DNA from: an uncultured bacterium
GTDB lineage: Bacteria; Lernaellota; Lernaellaia; Lernaellales; Lernaellaceae
DNA: 11,480 nucleotides
Assembly (NCBI GenBank): GCA_964534375.1
Contig: CAZHPN010000186.1
Coordinates: forward strand, 1 to 11,480
Direction of reading: 5' to 3'
Below are positions 1 to 6,744 of this stretch, one piece after another; positions within the stretch are counted from its first letter, which is position 1, and each line of letters starts with the position of its first letter. A program made the translations under genes and the position numbers. Under the pieces are notes generated by a model, which made no database searches, had not been told where the DNA came from, and saw only the letters and a list, made by a program, of their open reading frames with translations.

Positions 1-1244
1 ATTGCTGCCGCCCGTTTTGGTGTTTTCCCAGGTGTTGCTGGCAGTCGTTGTAGTGTCGTTTGTGGCGGGCGGATTTGTTCCGGTGCTTGATTCATCAGCT
101 TGCCGGTTGCAACCTGCGGTGATGCCTGCTGCCGCAACGCCGGCCCGTAGCGCGCCGGAATCTCCGGCAGCGCCGCGGCGAACTCGCGCTGCGTTTCCGG
201 CCAGGCCCCGTCAAGAAAACGCTCTTTCAAGTCGATGAATTTTCGGCCCAGCCGCGCTTGTTCCGCCGTGAACAGCGGGTCGAGGTCGGACAGCGACCGC
301 TCCGCGTCGTCCGCGCAGGCGCGCAGCGCCGCGACGCGCCGCTCGGATTCCGCGACCGGGCGTTGCAACGCGCCGTACTCTTCGTCGAGCAAACGCTGCA
401 GGCGCGCGGTCAACAGCGCCAACTCGCGTTTCTCGGCGGCCTCGACCAGGTCGCTGCCCGATTGGCGGGCCAGTTCTTCCAGGGCGGCGAGCAGCCCCGG
501 CCATTCCCGTTCGCCGTCGCTTCCGGCGAGGCGTTCGGCGGCGCTCACGTTGAAAATCGGCGGCGGCGCGCCGCCCAGGCGGTCGGCGAGCACCTTCATC
601 GTGAAGCGGCGGGCTTCCTGCTGCTCGCGCTCCGACAGTTTGTCGGCTTTGTTCATCGCGACCAGCAGATGCCGGCATTGCCCGGCGATTTCCGCGACCA
701 GGGCGAGTTCTTCCGCCGAAATAGGCGGATCGGCGCCGAGCACGACCAAGGCGGCGTCGATGTGCGGCACAAAGGCCTTCGTCGCCGCGGTGTTGCCGAC
801 GAACACCGACCCGACGCCCGGCGTGTCCACCAGACACATGCCGGTGGCCAGCAAGGGGCTGGGCATGAACACTTCGACCGCCGCGACGCCCTTCGCGTTT
901 TCGGGGTTCTGGTCCTCCGAGACGTAGGTCGCCAGCGCGGCGAGTTCGATATTTTGCCAGCGGCCCGACTGGAAGCGAAGGCGCGCGCCGGGCGCCTCGC
1001 CGTAGCGCACCACGGTGACCACGGCCGTGATCGGCAGCACCCCGACCGGCAGCACCGGCGCGCCGACCACGGCGTTGAGCAGGCTCGATTTGCCGCGTTT
1101 GAATTGGCCGACGCACGCCACGTAAAAGAGCCCGTCAACGACGCGCTGGGCCAGCCCGCGCGCCTCGTCGGCGAGCTGCGGCGCCTTCGCCTCGGCGGCC
1201 AGCCGGGCAAACGTTTCGATGCCGTCGGTCTTCGCCAGCGCCAT
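1..1244 (-). CDS. Bacterial dynamin-like GTPase (Dynamin_N/CrfC-like); open to the window edge, dynamin-like sequence apparently ends at about 125
   Basis: Absent from the ORF track because there is no stop in the window. ATG at 1244 follows GGGAGAGG, 14 nt after the USP stop. Translation begins MALAKTDGIETFARLAAEAKAPQLADEARGLAQRVVDGLFYVACVGQFKRGKSSLLNA. Motifs: G1 GQFKRGKS, G2 LPITA, G3 LVDTPG, G4 NKAD, followed by a helical coiled-coil stalk. Confidence 0.9.
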   Translation of the reverse strand, partial: MALAKTDGIETFARLAAEAKAPQLADEARGLAQRVVDGLFYVACVGQFKRGKSSLLNAVVGAPVLPVGVLPITAVVTVVRYGEAPGARLRFQSGRWQNIELAALATYVSEDQNPENAKGVAAVEVFMPSPLLATGMCLVDTPGVGSVFVGNTAATKAFVPHIDAALVVLGADPPISAEELALVAEIAGQCRHLLVAMNKADKLSEREQQEARRFTMKVLADRLGGAPPPIFNVSAAERLAGSDGEREWPGLLAALEELARQSGSDLVEAAEKRELALLTARLQRLLDEEYGALQRPVAESERRVAALRACADDAERSLSDLDPLFTAEQARLGRKFIDLKERFLDGAWPETQREFAAALPEIPARYGPALRQQASPQVATGKLMNQAPEQIRPPQTTLQRLPATPGKTPKRAAA

Positions 1245-1258
1245 GCGCCTCTCCCGCC

Positions 1259-1684
1259 TTACCGCATAATCAGCACGGCGCAATGCGCGTGGTGCGCGAT
1301 CTGCACGCCGGTGAAGCTCGCCACGCGGCGGAAGGTCCGCGTATGGCCTTCGCCGCCGAGTACGATCAGGTCGGCCTTTTCCCGTTCCGCGACGGTCACC
1401 ACGGTTTCCACAACGTGCCCGGGCCGGACGAGACCGGTAATCTTGAGCCCCGCTTGCTGGGCCTGCGCGATCAGCTCGCGTTGCAACGTCGCGTAGTGCC
1501 GCTGGCCTTGTTCCAACATCTCGTCGACGCCGGTCATCGATTCCTCGGCATAGCGCGGCAGGTCCTCGATGATCGACAACAGGAGCAGTTCGGCCTGAAA
1601 TTTCCGGGCTAGGTCGAGCGCCGACGCAAAGGCGCGTCCGCCGGCTTCCGAACCGTCAAAGGCGACCAGAATTTTACGAAACAT
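1259..1684 (-). CDS. Universal stress protein (UspA family), 141 aa
   Basis: MFRKILVAFDGSEAG...ADLIVLGGEG...IAHHAHCAVLIMR is the typical USP pattern. Start at 1684 is preferred over 1714 because SD GAAAGGAG lies just upstream. Overlaps the antiporter 3' end. Confidence 0.93.
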   Translation of the reverse strand: MFRKILVAFDGSEAGGRAFASALDLARKFQAELLLLSIIEDLPRYAEESMTGVDEMLEQGQRHYATLQRELIAQAQQAGLKITGLVRPGHVVETVVTVAEREKADLIVLGGEGHTRTFRRVASFTGVQIAHHAHCAVLIMR

Positions 1685-2891
1685 GACCGCTCCTTTCGGG
1701 ATGGGGAACGACAAACGACGGGGCCGGCGGCGGCTCGTCCGCCACGCCGAGCAAATGCCGCGGCAGAAAAGCGAAGTTGGCGATCATCGTGGGAACCACC
1801 GCGCTGGCGATGACCACCGCCACCAGAATGGAATATTGCTGCTGCGTGACGATGCCGTGCGACAAGCCGTACATGGCGGAGATCGTGCCAAAGGTCAGGC
1901 CGGTCGACATCAGCAGGGTATAATACCAGCGCTCCTTGCGGTTGCGTTTGAACTGATTTAGCACGGGGTAGATGCCGAAGATCTTCGAGGCGAGCTTGCC
2001 GCCGAACAGCAGCAGAAAGACCACGGGCGCCGTGACCAGCGCCGGCAACGACACGAGCGATCCAGCGCGCAGGAAATAGAACGGCGTCAGAAACCCGATG
2101 GTCAGCGTGCGCAGCCGGCGGGCGAAAAACGGGTCGCCGCCCATCGTCTCGGCGAGCAGCATCCCGACGATGTAGGCCGGCAACACGGCTTCGCTGCCCG
2201 ACCACAGCGCCAGCGCGCCGAGGCCGAAGAGCACGAACAAAATCCACTTCGTGCGGATCGCGGCCGTGCGGTTGCCGTACAGCGCCGTCAGCTTCTTGGT
2301 GGCGAACGGCAGCAGGGCGAACGCGGCGAGGCTGACGACGATGAAGATCACGGTGCGGATCGTGAACGGCGCGAAAATCAAGCCCAGGGCGATGACCGTG
2401 CCCAGGTCGTTGATGAAGCACGCGCCGAGCACGCCCTTGCCGAAATCGGTCTTGTTGAAGCCGTACTCCAACATGACGGCGTAAACGACGGCCATCGACG
2501 TCGTCGACAGCGCCACGCCCGCGAGCAGGCTCGGCCGCACGTCCCAACCGACAACGTATCGCGCCACGGCCGCGCAGCCGAGGAACGGGGCGATGAAGCC
2601 GACGGCGCCGACGATCCAGACCTCTTTCCACTTGGCGCGCAGCGAGGCCGGGTCGAGTTCGGCCCCGGCCAGGAACGTGAGCAGGATCGCGCCCGTGCTC
2701 GCGACGAATTTGAGCCAGGGCAGGTTCGCGCCCATCGCGTCGTCGCCGAACGAGCGGCTGATGAAGAACGCCGCGAGCACGCCGATGACGATTTCCACGA
2801 GGGCGATCGAAATGCGCAGGCGGTTGGCCAGCGCGGTGGCCACGATGGCCAGGCCGAGCCAGAGGGTCGCGGTGGCGAAGGTCCCTTCCAT
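1674..2891 (-). CDS. Cation:proton antiporter (Na+/H+ exchanger, CPA family), 405 aa
   Basis: Roughly 12-13 hydrophobic segments. Motifs LTFLAGAELD, ALSTTSMAVV, ACFINDLG and FLTPFYF..G. SD AGGAG 9 nt upstream of the ATG. Confidence 0.92.
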   Translation of the reverse strand: MEGTFATATLWLGLAIVATALANRLRISIALVEIVIGVLAAFFISRSFGDDAMGANLPWLKFVASTGAILLTFLAGAELDPASLRAKWKEVWIVGAVGFIAPFLGCAAVARYVVGWDVRPSLLAGVALSTTSMAVVYAVMLEYGFNKTDFGKGVLGACFINDLGTVIALGLIFAPFTIRTVIFIVVSLAAFALLPFATKKLTALYGNRTAAIRTKWILFVLFGLGALALWSGSEAVLPAYIVGMLLAETMGGDPFFARRLRTLTIGFLTPFYFLRAGSLVSLPALVTAPVVFLLLFGGKLASKIFGIYPVLNQFKRNRKERWYYTLLMSTGLTFGTISAMYGLSHGIVTQQQYSILVAVVIASAVVPTMIANFAFLPRHLLGVADEPPPAPSFVVPHPERSGHVS

Positions 2892-2899
2892 ACGAGAAC

Positions 2900-2966
2900 G
2901 CTCCTTTCCGGTTATGCGCCGCTAGTTGTCAGGAGCCGCCTTCGCTGGGTCAGGCGAGGCTCCTAC
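2900..2966 (-). promoter_or_regulatory. Riboswitch expression platform: hairpin 2931-2964 carrying an anti-SD strand, plus the SD
   Basis: Transcript GUAGGAGCCUCGCC...GGCGGCUCCU forms an AGGAGCC/GGCUCCU stem. Its 3' strand GCUCCU (2936-2931) is also complementary to SD AGGAGC (2905-2900). No U-tract follows. Confidence 0.7.
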
Positions 2967-2982
2967 GGTGTCAAGAAACGCC

Positions 2983-3038
2983 GCAGGAGTCATTGGCCAC
3001 GCGAGGTCACGGGCGGTTGTCGGTGAACTCCACCACCA
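2983..3038 (-). ncRNA. Fluoride riboswitch (crcB motif)
   Basis: GGUGGUGGAGUUCACC-GAC-AACCGCC-CGUGACCUCGCGU-GGCCAAUGACUCCUGC. P1 GGUG/CACC, AACCGC linker, P2 GCC...GGC, AUGAC core, pseudoknot GGAGUU/GACUCC. Lies in the 5' leader of an antiporter-USP operon; both gene classes are known fluoride-riboswitch associates. Confidence 0.92.
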
Positions 3039-3048
3039 TCTGGCGTGA

Positions 3049-3077
3049 CTTTTATCACCGGCCGCCCGCCCGGGCAA
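3049..3077 (-). promoter_or_regulatory. Putative sigma70 promoter for the riboswitch operon
   Basis: TTGCCC (3077-3072), 17 nt spacer ending in TGa, then TAAAAG (3054-3049). The implied start site at about 3042 falls just 5' of the aptamer. Confidence 0.55.
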
Positions 3078-3114
3078 GGCGCGTGCATCGCTGCTATTCG
3101 CGCGCCGGCCGCTG

Positions 3115-3123
3115 TGCCATAAT
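3115..3123 (+). promoter_or_regulatory. Putative extended -10 promoter for the 3158 gene
   Basis: TGcCATAAT about 35 nt upstream of the ATG in a GC-rich background. No convincing -35. Confidence 0.4.
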
Positions 3124-3157
3124 CGCCGCGCCTCGCCCCCGAATAAAAGGACTGCCG

Positions 3158-4765
3158 ATGCGTCTGTGGTTGCGCGCCCTGCTGCTGTTTGTCTTCGGCG
3201 CGGCGTTGTTTTCGTTTCCGGCGTGGACCGTTCGCGGCCACGCCGCGGTGGGCGCGGCGCGGGGTGAGGTCTGGCGCAACGTCTGGCTGCTGTGGGCGGC
3301 GCCGCACGCGTGGTTCGGCGGCGGGCCGCCGCTGGCGCGCTTCGCCCTGCTTGTCGACCCGGCCGGCGCCAACTTGTGGCCGCACGTGCGCAACCTGGTC
3401 TGGCCCGCCGCGCTCGCGCCGGTCACGCTCACGCTCGGGCCGATCGCCGCGCACAACCTCGGCCTGGCTGTCGCGCTGTTTCTGAACGCCTTGTGTTCGT
3501 GGCTTTTTCTGCGGCGCGTGCTCGATTCCGCAACCGCCGCGCTGCCGCCGGCGATGGCGCTGGGTTTCGGCTCCGTCGCGCTGAACGAGGCGGCTGCCGG
3601 CCGCGCGGCCACCGCGGGCTTTTTCGTCGTGCCGCTCGCCGCCTGGGCCGCGCTGCGCGTTTGCGAGAAACGCACGTTTGGCCGCGTCGCGGCGCTGGCC
3701 GCGGCCTTCGCCTTCGCCGCTTTGTGGGATGTCTGCTTCGCCTTGAGCGCCGTGCTGTTCGCCGCCGCCGTCGCCGGCTGGACCGTGCGGACAAACCCCG
3801 GCAAAGGGCCGCTTGTCGCGGTGGGCGGCGCCGCGCTTGCCGCCGCCGTTGCGTGGCTCGCGGCGATTTGGGCGTTGACCGGTTCGCCGCCCGCGCCGGA
3901 CGGGGCCGCGGGGGCGTTGCCGCCCGGCGCGTCGCTCGATCTGCTCGAACCGGTTTTCTTCGCGCGCGCGTACGCCGATGCGACGCCTTATTTTCTGATA
4001 TTGGTTGCGCTTCTGGCGCTGTTTCACACCGACAAACGCCAGATTTTGTGGTGGCTCGGCGCGGCGTTCGTCTTGTTCCTGTTGACGCTCGGCCCCGACA
4101 TCCGCATCTGGGGCCGGCCCACCGGCTTCCCCGCCGGCTGGTGTTCGCCCATTTGGCGATGGCTGGGCTGGCCGATCCGCTTTCTGCCCGCGGCGCACCT
4201 CGCGCTCGCCATCCCCGCCGGCCTGGCGCTGCGCACCTTGCTGCAACGAATGGAGCTCGACGGCCGCGAGTCGGCGGTCGTCAGTTCGCTCGTGCTGGCC
4301 GCGCTCACCGTTTCGTTTTTTCGCGTGCCGCTGCCCGCCGCGACGAGCGGAAATGCCGACGCGCCGCTGCTGACGCTCGACGAGCCCGGCGCCGTGCTGG
4401 CGCTGCCCGCGCGGCCGGAGCCGGCGGCGAATGCGCGCTATCTGTTTTTCCAGACGCTGCGTCCGCGGCCGGCGTTGGTCGCGCAATTCTTCGACGGCGC
4501 GCCCGCCGGATTTCCGCCGGCGGCGGTCGCCGCCGCGCCCGTGCTGGCGGCGCTCGGCCGGTATCCGCTCGACCCGGCGGCGCTGGCGGCGCTCGACGCC
4601 GCGCGGCTGCGCGCCGATCTGGCGGCGCTCGGCGTGCGTTACGTGGCGCTGCACACGGACGATCTGCCCGAGTTTTCGCGCGACGAAATCTGGTTCTGGC
4701 ATCTCCAGGCGTTCGGGGTGCCGGAATTTCAAAGCCGCGCGATGACCTTGTTCCAGGTGCGCTGA
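3158..4765 (+). CDS. Polytopic membrane protein, probable GT-C-fold glycosyltransferase-like (YfhO/ArnT-like), 535 aa
   Basis: ATG 3158 after AAAAGGA. Many TM segments. LLTLGP, WPIRF, VLALP, YLFFQT and LAALGVRYVALH motifs with a soluble C-terminal domain resemble YfhO-like GT-C proteins. The ORF is secure; the function is inferred. Confidence 0.65.
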   Translation: MRLWLRALLLFVFGAALFSFPAWTVRGHAAVGAARGEVWRNVWLLWAAPHAWFGGGPPLARFALLVDPAGANLWPHVRNLVWPAALAPVTLTLGPIAAHNLGLAVALFLNALCSWLFLRRVLDSATAALPPAMALGFGSVALNEAAAGRAATAGFFVVPLAAWAALRVCEKRTFGRVAALAAAFAFAALWDVCFALSAVLFAAAVAGWTVRTNPGKGPLVAVGGAALAAAVAWLAAIWALTGSPPAPDGAAGALPPGASLDLLEPVFFARAYADATPYFLILVALLALFHTDKRQILWWLGAAFVLFLLTLGPDIRIWGRPTGFPAGWCSPIWRWLGWPIRFLPAAHLALAIPAGLALRTLLQRMELDGRESAVVSSLVLAALTVSFFRVPLPAATSGNADAPLLTLDEPGAVLALPARPEPAANARYLFFQTLRPRPALVAQFFDGAPAGFPPAAVAAAPVLAALGRYPLDPAALAALDAARLRADLAALGVRYVALHTDDLPEFSRDEIWFWHLQAFGVPEFQSRAMTLFQVR

Positions 4766-6345
4766 TGTCCATCCGGCTCGACGGCGTGACGCTGACATTG
4801 ACCGGTTCGGAAAAATCGCTGCGCCGGCGCATTGCGGCGCGGTTGGCGGTTCCGGTCGGCCGCGTCGTTTCGTACAAAATTCTCCGCAAATCGCTCGACG
4901 CGCGCGACAAGCAAAAAATTCGCTGGGTCTACACGCTGCAGCTTGAGGCGAGCGACGAGGCCGCGCTGCTGCGGCAATGGCGCGACGACCCGCAGGTGCG
5001 GCCGCTGCTCGAGGCGCATCAGTCGCCAGCGGGCGCCCCGCTGACGCGCGCGCAACGGCCGGTGATCGTCGGCGCCGGCCCGGCCGGTTTGTTCGCCGCG
5101 GATATCCTGGCGCGCCGCGGTCTGCCGCCGCTGGTGCTCGAACGCGGCCGGCCCGTGGCCGAGCGCCATGCCGACGTGGGGGCGCTGCTTGCGCAAGGCG
5201 TTCTCGATCCGGAAAGCAACATCTGCTTCGGCGAGGGCGGCGCGGGCACGTACAGCGACGGCAAACTGACGACGCGGCTCAACGACCCGCTGGTCCGCCA
5301 CGTCAACGAGACGTTCGTCGAACTGGGCGCGCCGGGCAGCATCCTCTACGACGCCGCGCCGCACCTCGGCTCCGACAAGCTGCCGGGATACATTCAGGCC
5401 TTCCGCGAGCGGCTGCAGGAGCGCGGCGTCGAATTCCGCTTCGGCGCGCGCGTCGCGGACATCGTCATCGAAGACGGCCGCTTGCAGGGCCTGCTGCTGG
5501 CCGGCGGCGAACAGGTGCAAACGGACCTCGCGCTGCTCGCCATCGGCCACAGCGCGGCCGACCTGGCGCGCGCGCTGCACGCCCGCGGCGTCGCCGTCGC
5601 GGCGAAGGCCTTCGCGGTCGGCGCGCGGATCGAACATCCGCAGGCGTTCGTGGACCGCGCGCAGTACGGCCGCGTCGCCGGCCACCCGAAGCTGCCGCCG
5701 GCGACGTATCGCCTGACGCACCAGGGTCCCGAGCGCCGCGGGGTCTACTCGTTTTGCATGTGCCCGGGCGGCATGATTCTGCCGAGCGCGACCGACGCCG
5801 CGCACTTGACCGTCAACGGCGGCAGCGAAGCCGGCCGCGCCGGGCGGCTCGCCAACGCCGCGCTCGTCGCCGCCGTCGGCCCGGCCGACTTCGGCGCCGA
5901 CCCCCTCGCCGGCCTGGCGTTTCGCGAAGCAATCGAAGCCGCGGCCGCGCGGCTCGGCGGCGGGCCGTGCGTCGCGCCGGCGCAGCGGGCGAGCGATTTC
6001 CTGCGCAACGCCGCCAGCCGCAGCCTGCCGGAAAGCTCGTACCGGCCCGGTCTGACGCCGGCCGATCTGCGCGCCGCCCTGCCCGATTTCATCGCCGCCG
6101 CCCTGGCGCACGCGCTGCACGCGTGGGGCAAACGCCTGCCGGGGTTCGCCGGCGAGCAGGCGCTGCTCGTGGGGGTCGAGACGCGCACCAGTTGCCCGTG
6201 GCGGCTCGTGCGCGACGAGCGTTTTCAGGCGGCGGGGGTCGCGGGGTTGTACGTCGCCGGCGAAGGCGCGGGCTATGCGGGCGGCATCGTCAGCAGCGCG
6301 ATCGACGGCGTGAAGGCGGCGCTATCGATTGAAGATGATAATTGA
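4765..6345 (+). CDS. NAD(P)/FAD-dependent oxidoreductase (COG2509 type), 526 aa
   Basis: TGATG overlap with the upstream gene. Motifs KSLDAR, VIVGAGPAGLFAA, ESNICFGEGGAGTYSDGKL, AIGHSA, GARIEHPQ, YSFCMCPGG, GVETRTS and GEGAGYAGGIVSSAIDG. Confidence 0.93.
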   Translation: MSIRLDGVTLTLTGSEKSLRRRIAARLAVPVGRVVSYKILRKSLDARDKQKIRWVYTLQLEASDEAALLRQWRDDPQVRPLLEAHQSPAGAPLTRAQRPVIVGAGPAGLFAADILARRGLPPLVLERGRPVAERHADVGALLAQGVLDPESNICFGEGGAGTYSDGKLTTRLNDPLVRHVNETFVELGAPGSILYDAAPHLGSDKLPGYIQAFRERLQERGVEFRFGARVADIVIEDGRLQGLLLAGGEQVQTDLALLAIGHSAADLARALHARGVAVAAKAFAVGARIEHPQAFVDRAQYGRVAGHPKLPPATYRLTHQGPERRGVYSFCMCPGGMILPSATDAAHLTVNGGSEAGRAGRLANAALVAAVGPADFGADPLAGLAFREAIEAAAARLGGGPCVAPAQRASDFLRNAASRSLPESSYRPGLTPADLRAALPDFIAAALAHALHAWGKRLPGFAGEQALLVGVETRTSCPWRLVRDERFQAAGVAGLYVAGEGAGYAGGIVSSAIDGVKAALSIEDDN

Positions 6346-6348
6346 ACG

Positions 6349-6713
6349 TGAAGCCGAAGTTTCCGGCCAAGAAACTAATAAGTGGCTGATTATTCAGGGA
6401 AAGTGCAGAAATCGGCGTTCCCGTTACTGGCTACACCTGCAGCAATTCGCAGGCGCGTTGCTGCAGGGTCGTCGGTTCAGTCAACTGTTCGAAGGTCGGC
6501 GCATCGGACGCGGTCTTGATCCGGCAGCGGTTGCGGCACTGGGTGGCCAGCACGTTCAGCAACGTGTGGAAGCTATGAACGGGCAGGCCGTCAGGCGTGC
6601 GCTTGGTCCATTTACATGGGTACATTTGGCGCGGTTCTTGGAGGAACATCTCCTGCCTTATCAAAGAGATATCACGGTTCCATGCCTTAAAACTTACGGG
6701 AACTTCGGACTAG
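6349..6713 (-). mobile_element. IS1634-family remnant / mini-element with inverted ends
   Basis: Lower-GC patch between convergent genes. CCGAAGTTTCCG (6354-6365) and CGGGAACTTCGG (6697-6708) are an 11/12 inverted match. The right end finishes ...AACTTCGGACTAG. Encloses a transposase C-terminal fragment. Confidence 0.72.
6431..6607 (-). pseudogene. IS1634-family transposase, C-terminal fragment only
   Basis: TKRTPDGLPVHSFHTLLNVLATQCRN...LTEPTTLQQRACELLQV* matches the GLPVHSF.TLL..LAT..RN / T.PT.LQ.RA.ELL C-terminus recalled for IS1634 transposases. The DDE core is absent. Confidence 0.8.
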
Positions 6714-6744
6714 TCCAGGATAGCCGCCGGCCCCCCCTCCCCGG

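Noticed and set aside
211..1496. ORF-track entries 211-1116(-), 235-927(+), 258-1496(+), 653-1210(-)
   Set aside because: Shadow ORFs of the dynamin and USP genes, expected in high-GC DNA. No motifs.
2931..2964. Hairpin as an intrinsic terminator
   Set aside because: No U-tract on either strand. Better explained as an anti-SD sequestering stem.
2993..3157. Longer start for the 590 aa ORF
   Set aside because: It would run antisense through the riboswitch and both promoters. ATG 3158 has an SD and begins a TM segment.
3292..4764. 1017 aa ORF as a fusion protein
   Set aside because: The first ~490 codons are an Arg/Ala-rich off-frame read of the membrane-protein gene. The real start is ATG 4765.
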